Notes under the pieces: generated by a model | Databases searched by the model: none | What the model was told of the DNA's origin: nothing | The model's input: only the letters and a program-made list of their open reading frames with translations | From: Balanoglossus misakiensis | Lineage: Eukaryota; Animalia; Hemichordata | Length of the DNA stretch: 64,000 nt | Direction of reading: 5' to 3' | Assembly (NCBI GenBank): GCA_040954595.2 | Contig: CM082590.2 | Span: 4,960,001 to 5,024,000, forward strand | Part shown: positions 40,001-52,000 of the stretch, piece after piece | Position numbering within the stretch: the first letter of the stretch is position 1 | Layout of the letters: each line of letters begins with the position of its first letter | Made by a program: the position numbers and the translations under genes

Positions 40001-43000
40001 CATATACCAACTTTGATTTTTTGTGCCTTTTCATCCAAAGCTTCAATGGACGAGAAAAAACGTGGTATATACTCTATTTCATTAGAACTTTGTTGGAAAC
40101 TATCGTATATCATGATCAACGACTGAATAAAGACTGTGGGACGTCTCCAATTGTTGTTGTTAAATTGGCGATTTTGTAGCAAAATACCGTGATTTTGCCG
40201 TGTCGTAGTAAAAAAAATCCAGACGCAAATGTCATGCAGAGTGTTTATTTTAATCACTCATCACCTCTTATGCTCATTTTTTCGTCCAGAAAATCTTGCC
40301 CGTAAATTCCACACTTTCTGACAGGGTCTTCCTGGCACACACTGTTTTTGGGTGAAAATGCAGTGATTTGTTTGATTTTTTGTGCCTTTTCATCCAAAGA
40401 GTGAAAACTATTCAAACTCGAATTTCTGGGGTCATAGATACTTTATTGTTATCATACGAACCTATTTTAGCTGGTGCTAAGCCTCTAAAAAAATATGCAG
40501 CCACTCGAAGTGAGGCGTAAAACGTAGTTTGTCGATATTTTGGTTATGAATGTTTGTGGGCCTTCAATCAATAATTTATCAGGTACGACCGTCCGCAGTG
40601 CCCAAAATACTTACGATACATGTTGTTATTTCGTAATCACACCGATCGAACACAGATACCTCGCGTGGATGCATGCACCATGTCGTTTTTCAACGGTATT
40701 GTGAATTTAACACCAATTTCAAGGGAAGTGCTTGCAGTCATGTATCCCGCAATCGGCCAAAAATAAGACTCCAACAGCGAAAAAAGAGACGCATCTGGAA
40801 CAAACACGCATATTTACTTCCTCTGACTTCCGTAAGAACCGCGATTACATGCAGAATTACCCCACTAGAGCCCATGTGTGTACCCTAATCACATGGGTCA
40901 GTCTCTGACACAGAGATATCAACGCCCCTTTCATGACGTTCAAGCCTGATGACAGCATCATTGATCAATGGGTGGGTAGATATACTCATAACTGACATGA
41001 TCTTATATATAAATATTCAGTTATTTGTTTACAACAAACTTAGATGTATCGAATAAACTTTGAGCAAAAGCGTGAAGCCTTGCCTTTCTTGGCGGGAGAT
41101 TGACGCATGTTGTTTACGTTACCATGGCGCCATAGAAATAGTAACGCTATTTAGCATATCACGTGCACTAAATGACACCCACTGGTTGGCGTATTCAAAA
41201 GGTCATAACATTTTGGGGTCATCAGTCGGCAGACTGAAAGTCATTGAGAAATTGTGGTTTCTCGTCATTCAATTGAGGTTCATTGGTCAGAGAAAGTCGT
41301 CTGGGAATCGACAGGTTTCGCTGCTTGCTGCATATGCTGAAATATTGCACCAGCACCATTTTTGCAACCACGATCTGTCAAATTTTGGTCAGTTCCATAG
41401 GCATCGCCATGCAATTTGCAGTGCGGGGCTGGTAAATTCAAGTGTTGATGTTTTTTCTGAGTTAATTTTTGTAAAAAAATCACGTCGGTTTTGGATTTGT
41501 CACAGCGAGTAAGGAACTTAATGTGAGTTCTTTGTTAAAAGCTAAGCTCGCTGGATTTTTTTCGTGTTGGAGACACTGCGACTTGTAATTTCTGTTTCCG
41601 ACCGTAATTTTCCGGACACTCGACAGCGTAGTCAGCCTTTTTGAATACTTAATGAGTGATAATGGACACGCCCACTTTGCGCGCTCAGTCCGAAGACTGT
41701 GTGGAGAAGAAGATTTTTACCAAAATGTCTATTTTTAGATCTAATTTGCATATTCATGACCCCATCAAATCCAAATTAACAAAATCAGGTAGGGACACCA
41801 TAACACACACCCCAACCAAATTTCAGCTAAATATGCCAAGTTGTTTTAAAGAAGAAGATTGAAATACCAAAAGTTGACGGACGACGGACGGACACTTATC
41901 AACCTACTGCTACAGCTCGGCTGACACAAGTGACAGCAGAGCTAATAAAAATAGCGGTAGCTGTTATAGCTTTAATAAAAATTGGGATTTCAACTGAATA
42001 CAAGAATGCATAGTTACCTTGTTCTGATGTAAACAGTGGCGGAGTTTCTTCATTTCACTGTCCATCGAATCACGACAATTCAACAGAAATTTGTCACTTG
42101 GTATGTCTAAATAGTCATTAAACATCTTCTTTGCTTCTTTGAGAACTTTCTTCAGCAAAAGACGTGCTGTGAAATCACAACATGAATACACTTGTAATGA
42201 CCACCAGCTGATTGACACAAAATAATGTATTTTGAGTAATCAATGCCAAAACTAGTTTGAGCTTTTCCAGGTTAGGTCCAAGGTTTTTGTAGCTATCATG
42301 GTAGGATTGCAAGTTAGGTTAAGAGGTTAAGTTGTTAGTTATGAGTTACACCAACCTTGAGCCATGAATTCTTTCTTCAACTTATCATATGCCTATATTC
42401 ACGTGCCCATGTAAAGTCTATGGGGAAAAGCGCCCTCACATCCGTGCAGTTTTTTTGCTTATCACGCCCCGGCCCGGTGACCATATTTGGAAGACGCGTT
42501 CAATATCCGGATCTACTTTTGTTTTTATTGCGCGAGATTCGAAAGTTGTCGTCTGCTCCACTACACTGCGCTGAGTACGATAAATTATGGCTGCGGACGA
42601 TATTATCCGGTGGATGGAAGAAATTCCAAAAGACGAATTAGATGTTTTACTTTACGGACTCGAAGGAGAAAGCGAGGCAACAGTTGGTGAAGATGATTTG
42701 GCAAGTGTGAACGATTTCATCAAATCGCAAAGAAAACCGAGCACGGTTCGTACGACTGAGCGAGACGTAGCAAAGGTACGGCGTTTCATTGAGAACAAAT
42801 ACGGGGACACTCGCAACTTAGCGGAAATACCACCCAAGACGTTGAACGAATATCTAGCAACATTCTTCGTCAATCTCAAAAAAGCTGACGGCACTGACTA
42901 CGAACCAGGCTCTGTTTCAGCTGTAAAGTATAGCGTGGAGCGCTTCCTCACACAAAACAACTATGGGGTGTCGTTGAATGACAAGAGCTTCGCGTTGACA

Positions 43001-46000
43001 AATGACGCGATTAAAGCTAAACGGATGCAGCTGAAGAAGTCTGGCATGGGCTCTGGCAGTCATGCTAGTGAAGCTATATCTCCAGAAGAAGAGGAGGCAA
43101 TGTGGAAAGAAGGCAAACTTGGCAGCGCTGACGGTGACACCTTGAATTTCACTCTGTGGTATTTATTCACGAAGCACTTCGGTCTACGCGGTCGGGACGA
43201 GCACAGAAAACTGTGCTTCGGAGACATCACTATCCAAAGGGATAGCTCTGGCCTCGATTTTTTAGAGTTCCGGGAACGCGATACCAAAACACGCGATGGA
43301 ACATATGGAGATCGTCGTGCCGTACCACCTCGCATTTTCTCTGTTGCCGATTCTACCAGAAACCCTATCAGAATTTATCGAGAGCACGTTCAACACCGCC
43401 CGATCGAAAAATGTACCCTGGACAGCCCATTCTATCTGCAACCGATACCCGCAGTCGACATCAACTCACTCGTGTGGTATTTCGATCGACCGATGGGGAA
43501 AAATAAAATCGCCTCATTTATGCCACGAGCTGCAGCTGCAATGAAGTTTGGTGGGCGAAAAACAAATCATTCTGTACGGAAGACAACCGTTCAAACACTG
43601 ACGAAGGCAGGAATCCCACCACAGCAGATAATAAAAATAACCGGACACAAAAACGTCTCCAGTCTACAACACTACGACACCGTTTCGATTGAGGATCACC
43701 GGCGCATTTCAGCAATTCTAAGCAAGCCCAGCAGTAGCACTCCTGAAGACACAAAACCCGGTCCAGTCAACCAACAAGCAGCTCCAGCCACAGTTTTTAA
43801 CAACTGCACTATAAATATGTGCATGCCATCGACGGCTGGAGCTGGAGCCGCAAGGAAACGTCCGCGTCCGTTTGTGATGTATGATTCGGATAGCGAGTAG
43901 TCTTAGCGAGACTTCCGGGTATGGGGCACCGCCGGTGATGGGGGCCACGATCGAACACTTTGTTATTAATTTTGAGAGACTGAATTGCGTTTTTTCACCT
44001 TTGCTGTTTTAATGTTTTTCTAAAATATTTTAATGTTCATTAAAATTGTTATTGCTACGTTCTGAATGCCATTTGTCTGATGTCAGTGACTTGAGTGTTG
44101 GCTGTGTATGGCTTCCCATCCCATCCTCTCCCGTAATCCCTGCATGTTGTAGAGCTTTATTAGGAAAATCAAATATGATATCTTAGTAATATTGATGATT
44201 TGAATTTTGATCTGATTAATGTGTGACTGTCGCCGTCGATCGTCGCGAGGAAAAAAATAATATCTCGCTCGCGATCGGCTGGGTGAGCTCGAGCGCGTCT
44301 GTATAGAATGTAAACAAATGACGTCATGCATATCAATCCGCAAGAGCTAGAGGAATACGGCTCTATGCTACGCGATTGATCATTTCAAAACGGCAGATAA
44401 ATACGTAATTTCTACATTCCAAAAATTACAGAATGTTTTTTTTATTAATTTCTTGTAGATTGTGGTTCAATAAGGCATATGATAAAACCTTTACAGCCCT
44501 GATACGGGTTTTGCGGCCCTCGGTCGTACGGCGATCCGCGCCCTCCCTGCGGTCGGGCGCTTCCGCCGTACGACCTCGGGCCGCAAAACCCGTATCAGGG
44601 CCGTAAAGATTATTATCAGCTCGACTTGCAACCAATATCACCACTGGTTTCTCGTATCCTTCTCCTGACTTATCAAATGAATACCTGTCCATGTGGGTTG
44701 TTCCTTTCAGAAACCGCAACCAAAACAAAATCTACAGATGAGAATATTTGTGAAAAGTATTATTTTTGAGTCAAAGGAGTCATGAATTGAATCCAATATG
44801 AGATTTCTCATGATTCAGGTAATATCTGGAGCTATGCGATAAACAATGTGAAATAATTATTGAACAACAATGACATGTTGGTTCTGCAGGAGACTAATTA
44901 TAGAAATATCTGCAACTCTTTCAAAAAGCCATGAATGGTGACCGAGCTAGTGTTGCACATGGAATAAAGTTTCTCAAACAGCTATATTTTCCATTTCTAC
45001 AGATAAAACTTGGAAAGTGATAAACAATGCAGTCTAACTTTCCTGTGAAGATTCTTACCCGTGGAAACACTTGTTCAAAGGTGTTGAGTTTACCATTCTC
45101 GTCTGTAGCTTTGAACACCAATATGGAGACAGCATTGGGTGCTCCCAGAAACATGTTATGAGTGACGTAATACTCAGCCTGGCCGGCAAAATCCCAAACA
45201 CTGACATTTCCGACGTCAGGAATATGAACACTTTGGACATCAATACCAGGTTCGGGAATGTGTTCACTTTCTTCAGATTCCAGGGTTGTTTCTTCACTCT
45301 TTGATAAGGGGGAGTGAAAGAAAAAATTACATATAATTCCACAATATTTTTCTTTGTTTGACGTCATCCTATATGAGTGGTTTTCGGGGAGTCGTGCAAC
45401 TTCGAGCCGTAGATGAGAAGTTGTACGCCTTCTTGAAAACCACGAATATACAATAACGTTAAACAAAGAAAAATATCATTGGGATTATATATTTATCACA
45501 TGACAGGCATCTCTTGCTTCACAAATCACAGAAAATGACATTTTGAGGACAGAGTGAGTAAGGGTTTATTAAGAATTCATTCTGGCCCATCAAGTTTCAC
45601 ACAAACAACCCTTCATTTATTGTAATATGGCCTACTAGAACTTTAACGCAAATGAAAAAAAATTATCAACATACCCTCCGAAGTGACTTCAATAATGTAG
45701 TCTTACCAACTCCACCATCTCCAGCGAAGAACAACTTAAAAGTGTCACATTTCACACCTGGTTCCATCATCAGGACCTTGAACTCCTTTCGTCTCTGGTT
45801 GAATAAAGAAATCATAAAATACAATTTTATTTGTGGGTTTGGAGAGTACAGTTAAGAGTGACACCACATTAAGTAATTTATATCACACTGAAATCAATGG
45901 ACACATTTAATTCAAGATGAATAAGAATGAGCACATTTCAGGTTGTATATTATTAAAATTCATGATAATATAAAAATTACACTCACCTGAATGTAATCCA

Positions 46001-49000
46001 ACAGCACCTTTTTCTGAGACTCTTTAGCGACATCAAGTGGTGTCTTTCCAGTCTAATTATTTAAGATAAAAAGAATTGAAACATTAATTATGATGTTAAT
46101 ATTTATAAAAGTAGTAATAATGTAACAGATACCATAATTCAAAATTCATTAAATTCTAATGTAATTTTAAAGTTTTGTTTTAAATTTTTCATGAAAAAAA
46201 TAGCCACATGAAGTGACATGTTTACAAGTGAACAAAACCTGAATTTCACAAAATCAACATTCATCTAAAGAAATAAACACTGATTCCTCTTTTCCATCAC
46301 ACTGTATCAAAAAGTCTTACAAAAAGGACAATATTATTTAAAACACAAATAAGAAAAAATCTCCTTATTAAGTGCAGATAGAAAGTCTCAAAGATAAGAT
46401 TGGCATCGACCGTCATGAGTCAACACCTGTCTGTACAACACCTGACCCGATAGAGGGAGTAGTTTTGATTCAAAGGACAATGACAAATTATATGGCACCT
46501 CCTTATGATCAATTGTATTAGGTGACAGACAGGAGTTGGCAGATGCTGGAGGCCGACAGACAATCACCCTATCTGATACTCTCCACATCACTGAAAGTGG
46601 AGATAGAAAGTCTCAAAGATAGGATTGGCATCGACCGTCATGAGTCAACACCTGCCTGTACAACACCTGACCCGATAGAGGGAGTAGTTTTGATTCAAAG
46701 GACAATGACAAATTATATGGCACCTCCTTATGATCAATTGTATTAGGTGACAGACAGGAGTTGGCAGATGCTGGAGGCCGACAGACAATCGCCCTATCTG
46801 ATACTCTCCACATCACTGAAAGTGGAGATAGAAAGTCTCAAAGATAGGATTGGCATCGACCGTCATGAGTCAACACCTGCCTGTACAACACCTGACCCGA
46901 TAGAGGGAGTAGTTTTGATTCAAAGGACAATGACACATTATATGGCACCTCTTTATGATCAATTATATTAGGTGACAGACAGGAGTGGGCAGATGCTGGA
47001 GGCCGACAGACAATCGCCCTATCTGATACTCTCCACATCACTGAAAGTGGAGATAGAAAGTCTCAAAGATAGGATTGGCATCGACCGTCATGAGTCAACA
47101 CCTGCCTGTACAACACCTGACCCTATAGAGGGAAAAGTTTTGATTCAAAGGACAATGACAAATTATATGGCACCTCCTTATGATCAATTATATTAGGTGA
47201 CAGACAGGAGTTGGCAGATGCTGGAGGCCGACAGACAATCGCCCTATCTGATACTCTCCACATCACTGAAAGTGGAGATAGAAAGTCTCAAAGATAGGAT
47301 TGGCATAGACCGTCATGAGTCAACACCTGCCTGTCCAACACCTGACCCGATAGAGGGAATAGTTTTGATTCAAAGGACAATGACAAATTATATGGCACCT
47401 CCTTATGATCAATTGTATTAGGTGACAGACAGGAGTTGGCAGATGCTGGAGGCCGACAGACAATCGCCCTATCTGATACTCTCCACATCACTGAAAGTGG
47501 AGATAGAAAGTCTCAAAGATAGGATTGGCATCGACCGTCATGAGTCAACACCTGCCTGTACAACACCTGACCCGATAGAGGGAGTAGTTTTGATTCAAAG
47601 GACAATGACACATTATATGGCACCTCTTTATGATCAATTATATTAGGTGACAGACAGGAGTGGGCAGATGCTGGAGGCCGACAGACAATCGCCCTATCTG
47701 ATACTCTCCACATCACTGAAAGTGGAGATAGAAAGTCTCAAAGATAGGATTGGCATAGACCGTCATGAGTCAACACCTGCCTGTACAACACCTGACCCTA
47801 TAGAGGGAAAAGTTTTGATTCAAAGGACAATGACAAATTATATGGCACCTCCTTATGATCAATTGTATTAGGTGACAGACAGGAGTTGGCAGATGCTAAA
47901 GGCCGACAGACAATCGCCCTATCTGATATGCTCCACATCACTGAAAGTGGAGATAGAAAGTCTCAAAGATAGGATTGGCATCGACCGTCATGAGTCAACA
48001 CCTGCCTGTACAACACCTGAACCGATAGAGGGAGTAGTTTTGATTCAAAGGACAATGACAAATTATATGGCACCTCCTTATGATCAAATGTATTAGGTGA
48101 CAGACAGGATTTGGCAGATGCTGGAGGCCGACAGACAATCGCCCTATCTGATACTCTCCACATCATTGAAAGTGGAGATAGAAAGTCTCAAAGATAGGAT
48201 TGTCATCGACCGTCATGAGTCAACACCTGCCTGTACAACACCTGAACCGATAGAGGGAGTAGTTTTGATTCAAAGGACAATGACAAATTATATGGCACCT
48301 CCTTATGATCAATTGTATTAGGTGACAGACAGGAGTTGGCAGATGCTGGAGGCCGACAGACAATCGCCCTATCTGATACTCTCCACATCACTGAAAGTGG
48401 AGATAGAAAGTCTCAAAGATAGGATTGGCATCGACCGTCATGAGTCAACACCTGCCTGTACAACACCTGAACCGATAGAGGGAGTAGTTTTGATTCAAAG
48501 GACAATGACAAATTATATGGCACCTCCTTATGATCAATTGTATTAGGTGACAGACAGGAGTTGGCAGATACTGGAGGCCGACAGACAATCGCCCTATCTG
48601 ATACTCTCCACATCACTGAAAGTGGAGATAGAAAGTCTCAAAGATAGGATTGGCATCGACCGTCATGAGTCAACACCTGCCTGTACAACACCTGACCCGA
48701 TAGAGGGAGTAGTTTTGATTCAAAGGACAATGACACATTATATGGCACCTCCTTATGATCAATTGTATTAGGTGACAGACAGGAGTTGGCAGATGCTGGA
48801 GGCTGACAGACAATCGCCCTATCTGATACTCTCCACATCACTGAAAGTGGAGATAGAAAGTCTCAAAGATAGGATTGGCATCGACCGTCATGAGTCAACA
48901 CCTGCCTGTACAACACCTGACCCGATAGAGGGAGTAGTTTTGATTCAAAGGACAATGACAAATTATATGGCACCTCCTTATGATCAATTGTATTAGGTGA

Positions 49001-52000
49001 CAGACAGGAGTTGGCAGATGCTGGAGGCCGACAGACAATCGCCCTATCTGATACTCTCCACATCACTGAAAGTGGAGATAGAAAGTCTCAAAGATAGGAT
49101 TGGCATCGACCGTCATGAGTCAACACCTGCCTGTACAACACCTGAACCGATAGAGGGAGTAGTTTTGATTCAAAGGACAAGGACAAATTATATGGCACCT
49201 CCTTATGATCAATTGTATTAGGTGACAGACAGGAGTTGGCAGATGCTGGAGGCCGACAGACAATCGCCCTATCTGATACTCTCCACATCACTGAAAGTGG
49301 AGATAGAAAGTCTCAAAGATAGGATTGGCATCGACCGTCATGAGTCAACACCTGCCTGTACAACACCTGACCCGATAGAGGGAGTAGTTTTGATTCAAAG
49401 GACAATGACAAATTATATGGCACCTCCTTATGATCAATTGTATTAGGTGACAGACAGGAGTTGGCAGATGCTAAAGGCCGACAGACAATCGCCCTATCTG
49501 ATATGCTCCACATCACTGAAAGTGGAGATAGAAAGTCTCAAAGATAGGATTGGCATCGACCGTCATGAGTCAACACCTGCCTGTACAACACCTGAACCGA
49601 TAGAGGGAGTAGTTTTGATTCAAAGGACAATGACAAATTATATGGCACCTCCTTATGATCAAATGTATTAGGTGACAGACAGGATTTGGCAGATGCTGGA
49701 GGCCGACAGACAATCGCCCTATCTGATACTCTCCACATCATTGAAAGTGGAGATAGAAAGTCTCAAAGATAGGATTGGCATCGACCGTCATGAGTCAACA
49801 CCTGCCTGTACAACACCTGAACCGATAGAGGGAGTAGTTTTGATTCAAAGGACAATGACAAATTATATGGCACCTCCTTATGATCAAATGTATTAGGTGA
49901 CAGACAGGATTTGGCAGATGCTGGAGGCCGACAGACAATCGCCCTATCTGATACTCTCCACATCATTGAAAGTGGAGATAGAAAGTCTCAAAGATAGGAT
50001 TGGCATCGACCGTCATGAGTCAACACCTGCCTGTACAACACCTGAACCGATAGAGGGAGTAGTTTTGATTCAAAGGACAATGACAAATTATATGGCACCT
50101 CCTTATGATCAATTGTATTAGGTGACAGACAGGAGTTGGCAGATGCTGGAGGCCGACAGACAATCCCTATCTGATACTCTCCACATCACTGGAAGTGGAG
50201 ATAGAAAGTCTCAAAGATAGGATTGGCATCGACCGTCCTGAGTCAACACCTGCCTGTACAACACCTGACCCGATAGAGGGAGTAGTTTTGATTCAACGGA
50301 CAATGACAAATTATATGGCACCTCCTTATGATCAATTGTATTAGGTGACAGACAGGAGTTGGCAGATGCTGGAGGCCGACAGACAATCGCCCTATCTGAT
50401 ACTCTCCACATCACTGGAAGTGGAGATAGAAAGTCTCAAAGATAGGATTGGCATCGACCGTCCTGAGTCAACACCTGCCTGTACAACACCTGACCCGATA
50501 GAGGGAGTAGTTTTGATTCAAAGGACAATGACAAATTATATGGCACCTCCTTATGATCAATTGTATTAGGTGACAGACAGGAGTTGGCAGATGCTCGAGG
50601 CCGACAGACAATCGCCCTATCTGATACTCTCCACATCACTGAAAGTGGAGATAGAAAGTCTCAAAGATAGGATTGGCATCGACCGTCATGAGTCAACACC
50701 TGCCTGTACAACACCTGACCCGATAGAGGGAGTAGTTTTGATTCAAAGGACAATGACAAATTATATGGCACCTCCTTATGATCAATTGTATTAGGTGACA
50801 GACAGGAGTTGGCAGATGCTGGAGGCCGACAGACAATCGCCCTATCTGATACTCTCCACATCACTGAAAGTGGAGATAGAAAGTCTCAAAGATAGGATTG
50901 GCATCGACCGTCATGAGTCAACACCTGCCTGTACAACACCTGACCCGATAGAGGGAATAGTTTTGATTCAAAGGACAATGACAAATTATATGGCACCTCC
51001 TTATGATCAATTGTATTAGGTGACAGACAGGAGTTGGCAGATGCTGGAGGCCGACAGACAATCGCCCTATCTGATACTCTCCACATCACTGAAAGTGGAG
51101 ATAGAAAGTCTCAAAGATAGGATTGGCATCGACCGTCATGAGTCAACACCTGCCTGTACAACACCTGACCCTATAGAGGGAGTAGTTTTCATTCAAAGGA
51201 CAATGACAAATTATATGGCACCTCCTTATGATCAATTGTATTAGATGACAGACAGGAGTTGGCAGAAGCTGGAGGCCGACAGACAATCGCCCTATCTGAT
51301 ACGCTCCACATCACTGAAAGTGGAGATAGAAAGTCTCAAAGATAGGATTGGCATCGACCGTCATGAGTCAACACCTGCCTGTACAACACCTGACCCGATA
51401 GAGGGAATAGTTTTGATTCAAAGGACAATGACAAATTATATGGCACCTCCTTATGATCAATTGTATTAGGTGACAGACAGGAGTTGGCAGATGCTGGAGG
51501 CCGACAGACAATCGCCCTATCTGATACTCTCCACATCACTGAAAGTGGAGATAGAAAGTCTCAAAGATAGGATTGGCATCGACCGTCATGAGTCAACACC
51601 TGCCTGTACAACACCTGAACCGATAGAGGGAGTAGTTTTCATTCAAAGGACAATGACAAATTATATGGCACCTCCTTATGATCAATTGTATTAGATGACA
51701 GACAGGAGTTGGCAGAAGCTGGAGGCCGACAGACAATCGCCCTATCTGATACGCTCCACATCACTGAAAGTGGAGATAGAAAGTCTCAAAGATAGGATTG
51801 GCATCGACCGTCATGAGTCAACACCTGCCTGTACAACACCTGAACCGATAGAGGGAGTAGTTTTCATTCAAAGGACAATGACAAATTATATGGCACCTCC
51901 TTATGATCAATTGTATTAGGTGACAGACAGGAGTTGGCAGATGCTGGAGGCCGACAGACAATCGCCCTATCTGATATGCTCCACATCACTGAAAGTGGAG

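Larger units (their letters stand above)
38643..41950. mobile_element. Helentron-associated (HINE-like) non-autonomous repeat with internal ~139-bp tandem units, carrying two nested insertions
   Basis: AACAAG end, subterminal inverted repeats AGCTCTGCTG (~39118) / CAGCAGAGCT (~41935), GACG microsatellite, repeated unit TTTGCATATTCATGACCCCATC; family assignment is inference. Confidence 0.5.

Noticed and set aside
42587-43900. Bacterial or phage integrase contamination, or a domesticated host gene (KCTD1/ZMYM/QRICH1)
   Set aside because: Motifs are of the eukaryotic Crypton/DUF3504 type, the catalytic Tyr is retained, and the element has defined ends within a spliced gene.
44426-44612. ORF continuation [11 protein letters not shown]... 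as part of ROCO
   Set aside because: It is read-through into the Crypton terminal hairpin; the true exon continues at 42381.
373-44618. PIF1 helicase and Crypton recombinase as one element
   Set aside because: They are 37 kb apart and the Crypton has self-contained ends.
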